A stretch of 64,000 bases of DNA from Ramazzottius varieornatus (lineage: Eukaryota; Animalia; Tardigrada). The stretch's first letter is position 1, and every line of letters begins with the position of its first letter. The notes under the pieces were generated by a model. That model did no database searches, was not told the origin of the DNA, and saw only the letters and a program-made list of their open reading frames with translations. Below are positions 50,570 through 64,000 of the stretch, piece by piece. The position numbers were made by a program, and so were the translations under genes. Location: the NCBI GenBank assembly GCA_001949185.1, contig BDGG01000001.1, forward strand, positions 1,236,263 to 1,300,262, written 5' to 3'.

Positions 50570-51115
50570 TTATCCGCCAAAAACCCCTTGTACGGCCTCT
50601 CCTAGTCTTCCGGCAGGGTCGAAGATATCCCCAACCCCACCTATTACTTTGCCATGAATGCCATCATCATCATTTGGGTTCAAATTTTGCTCAACTGCGT
50701 CACCGACCAAAGCTCCTGTACCTGAGCCAACTAATCCGCCGAAGGCTCCTCCCGCCGCCGTCGCAGCACCAAGCACGGTTGCTAGTCCAGACGCCGTAGC
50801 CGCCGAGCCCACCGCCGCTCCCAGCGCCGTCCCTACCACCGGTCCAGCCAGAACCGTTCCGACGGCCGCTCCGAGTGCTACTCCTGCGCCGGCTCAGAGT
50901 ACCCCACCTATAACTGATCCGGCACCTCGTTTCGACATGTTGCGCGATATCTGGTACATCTCCTGGCTACTGTTGACCGCTGAATCTTGATGGCTAATTG
51001 TCAGCTCTTTTTCTCCAAATACAGCAAGCTGGTTTTCCGGTAAGGATTTTGCTCCGACACAAAGACCCATGGCGACAATGCAATAAGCAGGGAAAATACA
51101 GGTTAAACGCGCCAT
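50570..51115 (-). CDS. Secreted prepro glycine-zipper protein with one in-frame TGA (50894-50896)
   Basis: Signal peptide MARLTCIFPAYCIVAMGLCVGA, dibasic KR, then a long GxxxG/GxxxA run that continues in the same frame past the TGA. Confidence 0.65.
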
Positions 51116-51679
51116 TCTGTACACTCTTATGAGCTCGAGTTGCGGGGATGAAAAAAACTGCGGTATTATTAGACACAGTATCACGGTAGCAGTTACAAGC
51201 TGAAGAATTCAGATGGATGTATCGCACTGTATGTTTCCTGCTCCTTATGTACCCGAACCGGGATTGAATGGCTGCATTCATTCTCTCGTCACAACCTAGT
51301 TGATTTTTGAAATGACGCAACTTCGCTTGCTAACGCTTGTGAACGCAGATGCGATCGATAAAAAAGAAGCGATGGTGCCGCTTGCACCAACGATATTTCT
51401 AGCCTGTTGTTCGTCACCTTTGCTCGGACGTGCCGAACTTCGACAAACAGCTTGACTACAGGGCGGTGATGAATCTTAGTTTTTGATTTTGCAACTTCAA
51501 CAGCTTCCCGAAAAACTGCCACCTGAAAAACCGGACCTTGAAGAAGTACCTGTAGTGCTGCGGGATTGCTTTATTCAAACAAATAACTTTTTCTTCAAAA
51601 GAAGACCACAATGGAACAGGAGACTAAATCAAAATCAACAAGTTACGTGGACACGGTTCTTCCCTTCCTAAGATTCAAA

Positions 51680-52012
51680 ACGTAAAATATTTCTTCGAGT
51701 CCTTTAGTCTCCTTCGCAGTACCCATAACACAAAAAGCGTTACCTCGCTGCATGTCAAGAGACATGCGCTGTTTAAAATATTGAAGAGGTATAGTCTCAA
51801 AAGAAAACTCAACAAGCTTTTTTCCCAATCGCGTTGATCAATTCCGTCGCTGCAGGTCCCCAAGATCCGAAGGTCTCGAACCCCAAAGGAACGAAGAGGT
51901 ACTGTGAAGCAATGCCTTGGTATTTCTGGATCTTTCTCTCTTCCGCGTCTTTGGCGGCAGCTCCCACCTTCTCGCTTGTCTTTCCGACGTAGGACTTCGC
52001 CAATGTGTGCTG
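51680..52012 (-). mobile_element. 3' fragment of a CRE-type non-LTR retrotransposon (RLE endonuclease end), frameshifted
   Basis: TLAKSY..GAAAKDAEERKIQKY..FVPLGFETFGSWG..QRMSLDMQRGNA..VMGT. Confidence 0.8.
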
Positions 52013-52885
52013 CAGTGCTTGTCTTAAACGTAAACAGTTTGTTTTGCAAAGAAAACAAGCAGTCTGTATGATTATTGAACCCAAGCGCGTACTCACTAGT
52101 ACATTGCCACATCGCAGGAATGTTTGGCAATAAACCCCCAAACACCTACCCTATATGTACAAGCGCTATTGCTCGAAATGTGTATAAAGTTTTTCGGTTC
52201 CCATTTAAGGCCTGCTAAACTTTCATCGCACAGCATGCCAAGCTGAAAGCCGAAATTACAAAACACATGCATCACGCCGTGTTTCCGCTGGTGTAATTAA
52301 GTACTCAAGTCACAAGGTTCCGGCTATGCGGACATGGCAGGCAGTACAGTGAACTATGGATGATTTTTGCGTTTTGAGATCGGAAAACCTTGCAATTGTG
52401 TACATTTCGAGCAACCAAACTGTACTCGTATTTTTTGCGTATACTCCCGTGACAAAAGGAACATCGAAAACGTGACTCTCCGCGACGAGCCTTGCATCCC
52501 CAGGAGACAAGTGAGTTCAGATTGAGATCTTATCTATGAGATCTTTGAGATAGATCTTCTTCTACCGTTCTCCAGTTCTTTTGTATTCCGATGTACGAGG
52601 TAGAAGTCATGAGTTTTGCTTATTTTAATTTGGCCTATGAGTTTTGCGTAGTTGCGGTTTACGGTGGCAGCACACGTACGTCTTGCAGTCAGCTGCTATA
52701 AGCCGTATGACTTTAGGGTTCGTACAGCAATATCCTTATTGCGGTACGCCATCGGTACCGCGATTTCACACATTCAGCTAAAATTCAACAAAACTGTTTG
52801 ATGGTTAATTTTATCTCGTTGCACGACCGTTGCTGATCGGACATTCGAAGTTAGGACAGGTATTAGGAGGGATTACGGTGGCGTC

Positions 52886-54090
52886 TCAACGGTTCCGTTC
52901 AGCAGCTTTCTTCGACGGTGACGGCCCTTTTCGTGGACTAATGTTTGCTGCAGTCTTGCTCACCGCTGCCTTCCGTGGTTTCTTTGTTGGATCTACTGAG
53001 ATATCTCCCGGCTCCGGAGCCTTTCGTTTCGCAGTCATCTTTGCGGTAACTTTTGCTTTATCTGCCTTAGCTTAAGTTAAGAGAAGTTTTCAGGCTTATG
53101 AACGGATGACGTCATCTTCAAAATGCATAGCTGCTCTGGCCATCCACGACCAAATCTGCGTGACGTCATGGGCAAACTTGTAATATTACCTTGTCTTCCG
53201 TTAGTGCGGGGAAGACGACCTGCTTCATGTAATTGGCAAAATGAATCTCGTCCATGTAGCCGGAAGAGTTGACGGCATGATAACACACACCTTCAGTATC
53301 ATCCAGCCGCGAACGGACGTGAACCTTTCCAGCGTAAAGCGCCATAAACTTTAACTGGATTCCAGCAGCGTTCCCACAAGGCAGAATGGTCACACATTCC
53401 TTCTCAGTTCCATCATACAGTGACGGAATCTGTCGTGCTCCTTTCCTGGCTATTACTCTGTCGTACATCTCCGCTGTGTCGAAAGCCTTCTCGTCGAGAT
53501 TCCAGAATTGTTCTGTACGTTCGAAATACCCTTCGTCGTGCAGCTTCTGCAACTTGGCGATGTACTCCTCGCACCGTTCCATCGTCCATTCACGAGCTTT
53601 CTTCCGGTTAGATGCGTGTGTGACACGTATCGACAGTTCAGCATGTATTTTCAGGAAACGACGAAAATATTTGTCGTCAAACTTGGTGTTGGTTAAACCT
53701 GTGGAGCAAGTCCAGACCAACATCAGAATAAATTATGCATGCGATCCCGAAATCTTAACGTGAATGCCACTATGAAAACTCACCGAGCTCCATTGCTACG
53801 TGCGAGAACAAGCCAATGCAGTGATTTCGATTAAGAGGAATTGCTTCGTCGCTGCATGAGATCAGAAAGTTTGCAAGACTTCGTTCTTGCCACGGAGGAA
53901 ACTTCAGCTGCCCACCAGATGACTTTGAGTGTCGACCGAGTATTCTGTACCGCAAGGTTTCGCGACAGATTCCGTGCTGCTTTGCTGCGGCGTACATTGT
54001 TATCCCTCCTTCCTTCACTGCACGAACAGCATCGTCCATGCTCAACTGCTTGCTAACCTGAGAGGCTGTGAGGAGTTTGAAGAAAGCCAT
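52886..54090 (-). mobile_element. Second pogo-family transposase copy, internally deleted
   Basis: Exons 1-2 are clearly paralogous to 36-950 (WNLDE, ECVTILPCGNAAG, HAVNSSGYMD) with the same intron positions. The DGHxSH/LQPxD exon is not found, and a Lys-rich tail follows at 53075-52886. Confidence 0.8.
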
Positions 54091-57000
54091 GTCTAAGGGC
54101 CTGGAGTAAGAATTCAGAAGATGATCCTTTATGAAATTTGGCCTCGCGGTATTAGCTGGCAGCTGTCTACTGACTATGCGCCGGAAGTACGTCATGTAAG
54201 CCGCATACCAGCGCTATAAAACTTATGGCTTCGTTCACACTCAAAAACCAGCTTCGTGACGTGTATCCGCGGCTGACGTAGACGTCATTGCTTCATCGAA
54301 AACTGCTACTTGAGCGCCTCTGGTGGCCTTGATACTTTTGAATTCGTAGGCTCTTTAACATGGGAGCAACCCTCCTTCCGGTCGAGCATCGTATATCTGA
54401 ACTACCTGCTCCCAAACGCTTGATACCGCAATAGCGAGGGAGACCATGAATGATTGTACCATTCTATCCAGAAACAACGTTTGATCTGCCACTGGTTATT
54501 TTTGTATGAATTACAGAACTCATGACCCAAAAATAAATACGCAAAACTCATGCCCTCTACCTCGTAGCTTTCCAGAATTTTTTCATTATCTACATGCATG
54601 CAAGTACTCAAACACTTATTTGATCTAGGCGATGTGTTGTTTCGAGACAGGCGTAGTTGCAGCTTAATTACGAGCAAACCTTTTGGATCTCGTATCAGTC
54701 ATTGAATTCTCAAATAACTCACAGGAACTGATCTCAGAAACTGGGTGGCATTAGCATCCTGGGTTCACCCAAAACAAATAAGTTTTGGTGGGCAACGATA
54801 GTTTTGGTGGGTTTCAATAAATAATTACTGTGGCTGAAAATAACGTTTCTGGGTTTTGGTAGGTAACAATGGTCTTTTCTTTCTTCGAAATTGGTCTTGC
54901 AACTGTAAGTATGGTATAGGTTAAACTGAATTTAATTTCTCTGCTCATTTCGCTCCGGGGAAGGATAAGCGGAGAAGTGGAGAAGTAGAGTTCTGGCCGG
55001 AAAGATACACTATCGAACCAACGAGAAGGTCTGTACTGTAGGTGGGTACACAATTAGGCACCAACTCTTCAAAATAGATTCTGCCAAAATTTTGACCAAA
55101 GATTATTCCGCAATCTTTACTTCAAGTATGATTTCAGTCTAGTAGATCAATTCCCGAGGTTTAATCTGGCTCGGTCATAACTCATCATCATAAAATTGGT
55201 CTTTTTTAGCACTACGAATCATTATGGAACACGTAACAATTTTCCCTGATCAGCAAGACCAAGCCCTGGGCGAACCAGAAAGCCTAGCTTAAAAGGCGAT
55301 ATGCGAGAAGCCCCGGTAATGAGTATATAAGTACAGAGTAGATAAGTACAGCCCCGGTCCGGTTTCACTGCTTGCACAACCCCAACGGGGGTGCATCGTC
55401 AGGTACGAGTACGTACTGCGCCATAACATCGAATATTTACAGTATCATCGTGAGCAGCCAGGAACTTCCCAATACTACCAGGAAGATTGTGCGACTAAGA
55501 AAATAAGTAGCGATAAACGTCTAAAAGATCTGAGAAATCTTATTAGCCGAGCAAACAATGTATTTTCACCGCAAACTCGATGGCAGATGTGTTAGCTGTT
55601 TTGGATGATCAGCACACTGTACGCTAACAGGACTTGCAGCGGTATGTTTACGAAGTGTCGCGCACTGGAGCAGGACGAGAACTTGAAAAAGTTGTATAGT
55701 GGAGTATGCGGCGGATGAAGTAATGAGTGGGGAGCTGCTGCAGTGTCTGAGCTAATGGTTGACCACTTGTCGTGTGTGTACACACTGAAGACTTGTGTGA
55801 AGGAAGCCATAAGCTACTGTATGATTGAGACGTCCATCCTTGTGTAATTAGGGGATGTGGAGTGAGTTCCATAGTGAATGGACACTGGAGCGTGCTGATT
55901 GTCTCTTGCACCTTCATCCATGATTTATGTTCCCTCAAATGGAGCATGCATCGAGTACTCTGTCCTCTACACAAGGAAGCTGAATCCAGAGCAAGGGATC
56001 GATTTGATCTTTCGGAGACGTCAGACCGGAATCATCGAACATGCATGTCCAGATAGACTTACTGGCCGTTTGCCAGAGTACTTTACAGTCCACTGCAGGA
56101 CGGGAGTAATTTCGTTAGACTTTGGCCGCGAAAAGTACAGTCAAGTTCTGCTCCATGGACAACAAATTTTTGCAAAAGTTTTGTTGGTTCATCTACGAAT
56201 CCTGCTTTCTATCGATACATACGTTTCTGGACATGAGGTATAGTACTTAATTATGGTGATGGAATGAATAATAATAGCTGGAAGGTAAAGATTACAATAA
56301 GGATAAAGGGCAAAGATGAGCAAAAGATTTATCTTGCAATGTGGCACGAGACTTGTCCGAAGTGGATTAACATCGCATGGTTCAACTCGAGGCTATGTTG
56401 TTCAAGTGGGCGTATTTCGATACAGATTTAGATCTGCTTTTAGGATAGACATCGTGATGGACGGAACGATTTGTTCGCGGTTTAAAGTTTGAATTTCTGG
56501 ACGGTCGAATGGGTGATGGATGAGTGGCCAAAGGGACTACAACCCACAATCGTTATAATTTGTGTTGTTAGGACAAAAGCCACGTGTCACACGCGCAGTA
56601 ATCAGTGCATTGCTGTCTCAGCTGCCCACCGATCACGCTACAGTCCGTAGACGCCCAGCTTTGCCAGAGTAGCCTCGTCTTGCCCTGAACTTCCTGAGTA
56701 TGTTTCCCGGATCGATCAAAACATAGGGCTCATATCCGCCCAGTGTAATTTTATGCTTAAATTTCTAATATTGTCAGTGTTGTATCCTAAGCTGAATGTG
56801 AAGTCCCATATCAACGACGGTCAGGCTATCTTTCGACAGCTGCGCAGTATGAGTGTGCAGCGTTGCGCGCTGAAGTAAATCTTTTACGATCATAGGTATC
56901 GATGGCAATGATGACAGGTCATTTGGAGGAGGCGACAGGCAAATTACAGGATGTGTAAAAACAATTGCCGGTGTAAAGTCAGGAGGTGTTGTTTATAGGA

Positions 57001-57938
57001 AAAGTGATCTGAATTGTGGTGCATGTTGATGCAACGACATGTGCATCACGGAAGATGGAAAAGTAGATCGACCGGTTGTCACGTACAGTCCACATACGGC
57101 ATCATACTGACCAGTTGCTGCAGACAATAGCGAGTTGTATAGACTCCATGCTCCGGTGGATATGGAAGGGGCGTTGGATGAAAAAGGGGGCGGCTTGGCC
57201 GTACAATGAGGCTACTGCTGTGTTGTTCGGCGGGAGACGCCGTACCATGTGAATGAATGCATTGGGCTGTACTTCAACCTCAAAGGCAACGTATTCAACT
57301 GATAATAACTTCTATACGGACAAAATGGATGGAGGGTCCTTCATTTCGCAGCAGCTGTGTATATTGTGTATGCTGTCGTCCTTCCAGCCGCCATCTGCAT
57401 TTTCCGTGTTGAAGGAGCAAAGTTGTAAAGTGAGTTGGTGTCGAGGAGGCTAGTTTTTATTATTACGTCCAACACTTGGCGTAATTGCCAAGGATGATAA
57501 TGATTCCCTGGTGTGTTCTACAGTGTTGATTCTGCGTGACACGTGTCAGCTCTGATGCCTCTAGGTCAAGTTTGTATCCAAGAACCAACGGTGAACCGGA
57601 AGGATTTCCACTGCTGATCCGCCTTCTGTCCTTACTGCGCATCGACCTCGACATCTCTTCAAAGTGGATCATCTCTTTGTGTCGATTTGAAAAAACACCC
57701 TACGTAAAGATTTGCATGCGTCTGTGTACATATGCAAATTCGGGGGAACCGGAAATGGTTTGCGGGAATGGTTGCAGGATATTGACTGCATAATAACATC
57801 GGAATTCAATTCAATTCGTTGTAGCAATCGTTCTTTAATCAAGTCGCAAACGAGTCTGAAATCTCCCGGAAAACTCGTCAAAAATTGTGTTGGAACCGGG
57901 GGGCACGAAGGAACTGGTCAGGAATTGATCTTGGCAGA

Positions 57939-60900
57939 ATGTGGACCGGTGCTGAATTTTATCCGCTCATATCTGCCATTTTCCTGGCTGACAAAGTGGC
58001 GTGTTCCATGGCACAGCCATCGGGAAGCCAATTGAACGTACTGGACATTCTATCCGAACGCGGCCTGACGGAAGTAAGTGCTCCATAACATTGGCCATCA
58101 TACAAATGGACCTAATTTCGTGTCTGTATTGCTGCACTTGAGGAACAAATTAGTATGTAGTAGCGGCCATGTTGTTTGAAATTTACGAAGAGATTATATT
58201 GATTATTATGCTAATACCACTAATTAAGCAGCATGGTATTCATTGTCAAACACAAGTTCAGCTTAGACACGAGGAATAACCGGCAGAAGTGTGAGATTGA
58301 GGGGATAGTGTAAATTAGCTGCCGCTCGACTACACATCGTGTAAAGCAGCCAGAGCCAAATTAGCCATGCTAGAACTGTTCCAGCATGGACTCTGTTGGT
58401 AATGTGGGAGGAAAGGAGAGATTTGTTGGGCTGAAGCCTAAGTGGATTCATTCATTCCCGCACCTGCCTCCACGTTTATCTTTGATATGTTGGTTTAGCG
58501 TCAGCCGTGGTAATCGATATGTCCTACCAGACTACTTGCGGCGCTTCTGTAAACTCAGACCCTGGAAAGAGCTGTTTGTTTCATTCCACTGTTTTCCATA
58601 CTAAAATCCACAAGAATGTCTCCAAACTAGTCTTGGCTACCCTGGTGGTACTTTGCTTGGCCTTCCGTTCTTGAGCCTCGGATGAAAACTGATTACATCA
58701 CTCTATACGGTGGATTATCCGGCTTAAAGATCCCACGAAGAGTGCGGAAGTGTTAATGAGGGTCTTCTTACAGTTTTGCTTGATTTTGATTTTCAGTGCG
58801 AACACAGCACTTCTTTGATATCCCACAACCTTTGTACATTGTCATACGATTTCCTACTAGTACTAGACTGTGCCATCGAGCGTGCAAAAGCTTTGACTTT
58901 TACGAACGAAGGGACAGAAGGTTTAGGCAGTAAGAGTTTGGGGCGTTAATCGGGCCCTTAAATCGATTAACCTAGTACCAACTTGAAATGTGGGCCGGAG
59001 AAGCGCGTTCATTGTAATTGGCCATAGGGCTGCAAATATTTGCGTGTGTCATCGCCGTGATTTTCTCGCCGATAATTTTCCAATAACACCCGCTTGTACT
59101 CCACCGGGACCTAAACCCAACGATCAACAGCTATAGAATCTGTATAGCCTACTTTTGTTATTTTGATAAGAAGGAGACTGGTCACTCAAGCCGGAGAAAA
59201 AGGAGATCAAAAATATTGTGATCATGTTAGCTTGTGCAAATAGTCGACGGAAGAAATGACACAATCGATGCTGCACTTTTCCCACTGATATCGAATGATG
59301 CAGCATTTTGTTCCCAGCAAAGTGCGCAAGACAAATGGGAGCTTTTGTCCTGAATGACGAGTGCAGAGTTTATCCGAGATGTATTATTGTGTACAGCGAA
59401 GATCAAACATGTTTTGTGAAGGCGAGCTAGAAAGCACTGAGCTCAGGAGACAACTTACGCTGAAAAAGATCAATTTCATTTGCGGTTTGTGAGGCGCTGT
59501 TTGAAGTACACTGCGAGTTATGTGGCATTGAGGAGCTGACAAGAGAAAATCGGCACCTCAATAGCGCGGCTAATGGCCAACCAAAGAGACAGCTCGTGGA
59601 CGATGTAACACGATCGTCGTTTGCTCAGTGAGGAAGTGTACTTTGGCGGGAGACTGGGTGGATGCTCGGAGATATTTGACACCCGACAGGCGATTTACGG
59701 GCCACAATGACGACACAACAAGATATCTTTCTTAACCGTTCGCGAACACCAAGCCAAGGCTTGAGCACCTCTCTTATCTAATAACATTCCGCTTTTAGTT
59801 TCATCGCCTACTCAACGGAAGTTTCGCCCTGCGTGGATTGCTGAGTAACCCAGCGCCTGCGTTGACACTGTTTGTGCCGACAAATGAAGCCATCGACAGG
59901 TGGCGCCGCACCAACTCGAACACTGCGTCCATCACATCCGATGTCCTACAGAACCACATTGGTCAGCCATTTTACTTCCCTAAGAAGATTCAGATTCACA
60001 AGTTTTGGTCAATTTAACCACGGTGCCGTCTCGTTAAACAGTACCCGGAAGCTGGAGTGAGGACCAGCTGCGTCAATTAGCGCTGCGACCCAACAAAGCT
60101 CAACGCAAGCTATCCAGCGGTTTCTTCAACAGCCCACTGTGGATTAGCAGCGAAGACAGCAGTAAAAAGGACCTCCGAACAAATTTACCTGTAAGACAAC
60201 TAATCCAACTCAAAGGTTTCTCCTGTTTGTCTCAGAACCCTGATGGTATGACAATCCGATACCGATGTGGCAACGGCCTTTTTGTTTTCTAGGTTTTGTG
60301 TATTAACGGAGCGCAATTATTGTCGTCGAGAAACACTCAGTTTGATCCGCGGGTTTCGGCTCCTCGCTCTTTTCCTTTCATCCATCTGTTAGACGACATT
60401 CTTGCTCCAACCGGCTCTGAAGTTTCCGCTGCGGCCTTTCTTCAGGACTCTTCGCTTCACATCTATCCCCAACTTCAACTCCAGTACGATAGATTTCCGA
60501 TTAATCTTGCTGTAATATTACGGTTGCGAATTCTGGCTAATGGTACCAGTTCTGCAGGGAAGTCGGTCGACGAATTCAAGAACTGTCCAACCAAGTTCCG
60601 GAATTTCAAGACAGCTCAACGGTCTACACTTTCTTCCTGCCCATCAACCAGGCCTTCAGTCTGTTGCGAAACCCAGCCAGTTTCAACATTAACGTCCTGC
60701 AGAGCCATGTGATACCAAACCAACTCATCTTTTTCCAGTCTTATTCCAACAGCAGCCGAGACCACAACACCGACCGCTCGTTTCCGGTCAACAGCAATGC
60801 CCAACTTGGCTTCTTCGACAACGGTACTACGAAACAGGTCTTCAGTAATGTAGTGCAGAAAGACAGTACACGTTTCCGACCGGGAAAAGTCTACAGAAAT

Positions 60901-62208
60901 ATTATAAAGAGTAATATTCCGGGTAAGCAAAATGGAAATGCTACCACGTCACTTCCGATTCGAAAAGACCAGCGAATTTTTTGCAGTTTCAAATGGAGTG
61001 ATTCACGTCATCGACGGACTATTGCTCATCGAAGAGAGCACCGTCAAAAGTAAAGTGGAAACTCAGCCTGAGTTTTCTGGTTTTCGGGAGCTGATTGGTA
61101 GGATGGACAACTCAGACGGCAGCGATAACGTTTTTATGGAAGCTCTCAACCCGGAAAAGGATGGCGGCAAAAGCGTAACTCTGTTTCTACCGAGCAACGA
61201 AGCGGTGTCACGTTTACCACAAGAGCAAAAATGGCGCCTTCGCAATGATCGTGCCTTCCTCACCCGCATCTTGGATCTTCACTTGATTTCCAACAGTCAG
61301 CATCCGCTGCTGACTGTTGATATGGTCAACGGTTCGTCAACAGCCACAGCTCAAGGCCGGCGCTTATCCTTCCACAAAACTAACAAAGGTAAGGCAAAAT
61401 TTTCCAACAGACTGGGAGACCACCCATACTTCGATCATTACTTTATTTTGTAATACAGACGGAAACGTTGGTCTGCCTTCCGTGCGAGTCGATGGGGTGG
61501 AAAGCCGTATCGTACAAGGAGATATTGCATGTTCAAACGGAGTCATCCATGTGGTCGACAGCGTCTTGGGGCTTCCCTTTCTGACGGTTCTACAGATCCT
61601 CCAGGCCGAGCCCAACCTTTCTCGCACATTCCGAGCCATCGAACACTCCAAAGACCTGAAGGCCGCCCTGTCCACTTCAGGCAACAATGTGACCATTTTT
61701 GCGCCTTCTGACCAAGCGTGGCTCAACCTAAACCAGGGTGACTTGGCTCGGATGACATCCCATTCCCATTTGATGACAAAAGTAGGAAAGACGACTGTAC
61801 CATAAGTTGCTGTCGATTGACCGGTTGATTCTGTCTTTCCACACTGGTTATTTGCAGGTAATACGACGTCATGTCGTTCATGGACGCCGCTTGGACGGAC
61901 AAGCTCTTCGACGTGAGGAGCGTTTCACAACCATCCCCGGAGACATTCAGATCAAGCAGGCCTACGCCGAGAACGACAGAAGTAAGGCTGACCCACCAAG
62001 GATCGTACTCAGTTGGAAAGGCCACTCGGCCAGCATTATAACCTATGATATTCCAGCCGTTAACGGCCTCATCCACGTTCTGGATCAAGTACTCTTTGAC
62101 CAAGACTTCGATATTACTCAAGCCTCCCTGTCCCGTAGTAATACTTTGACTTCTTCTGTTTTCATAGCTGGCCAGTTGTTTTCATTGGGTCTGTTTCTGA
62201 TATCTTGA
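57939..62208 (+). CDS. Fasciclin-1-like cell adhesion protein, four FAS1 domains, likely GPI-anchored
   Basis: H1 motifs TLFVPTNEA, TFFLPINQA, TLFLPSNEA and TIFAPSDQA. H2 motifs FIHLLDDIL, NGVIHVIDGLL, NGVIHVVDSVL and NGLIHVLDQVL. Hydrophobic C-terminus. First exon 57939-58073 tentative. Confidence 0.88.
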
Positions 62209-63599
62209 GTTAAATCTTTTTGTTTGATGTTGCTTCCCCGGCAGATACAACATATTTGACATCGTTCCAGTTTCCGAAAACGGCTCTCGTGGTGGGTTAA
62301 ACAGCCGCTCGTGGCTATGCGCGCTGCACTTAATTCTATTGTAGGAGAGGCCCAGTTATTAGCTGAGCCCCTGTTTGAGCAAGATAGGTTTTGGACTTGG
62401 CGATTTTATCGAATACTTTGTAGTTATGATTAATGGAAAAGGATCGACGGGAAGCAACAACATAAGTTCTAAAAGTCTGGTGCCGTCGATAGAAGTTCTG
62501 CTCTGTCGGAGTGTATAAGTGGAACAAGCGGAATAACCTGAATGATAGTCTATGAACGTTCTATCTTATTAGAAAACTTTGGCTGTTCGTAAATTGGACA
62601 TGTGGAACCTGCGTAATAAGCAAACCTTCAAGTCTCGGTCAGGTTCTTGAAGTGGTTATTCTTTCAACATCTGATAAGCGGGACATGCGGAATAAGTGTA
62701 TGCTTGCATCGACCCGACCGGGTCGAATGGGTTAGGAACATTTTCATTTGTATCATCGACCCGTTCGACCAGGGTCGACCCGTTATAAGTTAGTTAGGAG
62801 AATCGGCGGTAAAGGTACCGTAGACCAAATTATCGCGTGAACAGTAAATGATGCCCGGAGAAAGTTACAGAGACGACACTGAGTCATCTGATCGTACAGG
62901 GCAACGATGACTCATCACGTGGTTGAGTGCGCGATAATTTGGTAGCACTACAGTATTGTTTCCAGAGACAGCTGTACGTAGCTAACCATCTTCTGGTCAT
63001 ACAGTACATTCCCCCAACTCGACGCCAGAAATGGACCATGTTTGTGCGATTGATTTGCCAGATTTTCGAGCGTAGCTCGAAACTAGCCAGATTGAAGTTC
63101 TGACCACAGGTCGAATAGTCAAAAGGAAAAAGCTTGAAGTAGCGAAAGTCTGGGTGGTGTCCGAATCGGAGTGCACAGCGGTCAGATACGCTGGGCACAG
63201 CCGTATAACCAATCAAATACTAAACTGTCCAGAAAATATGCACCGGAAGAGTTTGCCAGTGCACGTCTCCAGCTGCAGCGGTTTGCTATAGACAGGACTG
63301 GCCCTTAACACCCCTGTGTCGTCTGTTTTGTGTTGTTTATCTTGCTGCCACTTGTATTACCTTCATTACCGCAGCAAAGTGCAGCAAATCTAATCTGCCG
63401 TACAGTTCGACTTGACGAACTACATGCGCAGCTTCATAAGAATAAAAACTAACCTAGTGTCTTCTGAGCAATGGTGTGGAGTAAGAACGGGTAGTCGATG
63501 CCGGTTGGTGACTGGCTGTTGAAGGTAAGATCATGTACACGGAAGTCTGAACCTTTCCCAAATAACTGCTTGAGCGCGCCACAGTTATTCCGGTAAAAG

Positions 63600-63914
63600 T
63601 TATTCGGGGTCCTTCAGCTGCTGTCGCACAGAAGGAAAACTGTTCTCCATCCGAAGTTGACTAGAAGCCTCCTCACAAAAGCCTGCAGGGCGCTGTCGTC
63701 GATCGCGCTCAGCGATAATGTAGTGGAGTATGTCTCCCGGGCGTGCATGTCCGAAGGATTTCCCGCCCTTGGAATAGAAAAAAAGATAATTTGGTCTTTT
63801 TAACGCGGTCTGAAGCAAAGAGATGTCAAAGTTGTTTTCGTCTTTTTGTCTTCTCTTCAGTTCCGCAAACGGTAGCTTATAATGACCCACACGGTGAGAA
63901 ACGGAGCGTTCCAA
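63600..63914 (-). other. Possible AP-2-like transcription factor fragment
   Basis: HYKLPFAELKRR..ENNFDISLLQTALKRP..SKGGKS loosely resembles the AP-2 KYKVTVAEVQRR..E.LNASLL...LRRAKSKNGG motif. Confidence 0.3.
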
Positions 63915-64000
63915 CCTACAAATAAAACATACAGAAGAGCGGCATCGAAGTCACTTTGGCGGCACGCACGATCTGCAGTACAGTATGCTAGAAACTGATG

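Noticed and set aside
50894-50896. TGA as selenocysteine
   Set aside because: The context predicts Gly rather than Cys, and no SECIS was identified.
50658-50990. Pro/Ala/Thr-rich + strand ORF
   Set aside because: Antisense shadow of the Gly/Ala-rich gene on the - strand, which has a signal peptide.
55500-57900. Coding-like degenerate stretch, possible old transposon
   Set aside because: All frames are interrupted and no RT, integrase or transposase motif was recognised.
62705-62785. Short tcgaccc/gggtcga palindromes
   Set aside because: Too short and isolated to assign; possibly a MITE remnant.

Overview
Eukaryotic, animal-like, gene-dense window with short GT-AG introns. A tardigrade-like compact ecdysozoan genome is my guess only. 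Recognisable genes, in order: an intron-containing pogo-type transposase, PEN-2, an ESE/ELF-type ETS factor, mucolipin (TRPML), a class I SAM methyltransferase, a tandem cluster of four PR/SET (PRDM10/15-like) paralogs plus an inverted fifth fragment, a DUF2778/Tlde1-like L,D-transpeptidase-fold gene, macroH2A, an uncharacterised helical protein, two NADPH-dependent FMN reductases, secreted Gly-rich proteins, LRR and kinase relics, a CRE-type retroelement fragment, a deleted second pogo copy and a four-domain GPI-anchored fasciclin. Three things stand out. (1) The PRDM-like cluster has no C2H2 zinc fingers; its C-termini are built from phase-1 mini-exons encoding 'PLTxEE + basic helix' modules, and three of the five copies are decaying. 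(2) A bacterial-type peptidoglycan-targeting Tlde1/DUF2778-like gene sits among animal genes. (3) About 23 copies of a fixed-spacing inverted-repeat unit (CAAGTGGCGCA-N26-28-TGCGCCACTTG) occur, almost all in introns. Exon boundaries were read by eye and family calls rest on motif recognition, not database searches.
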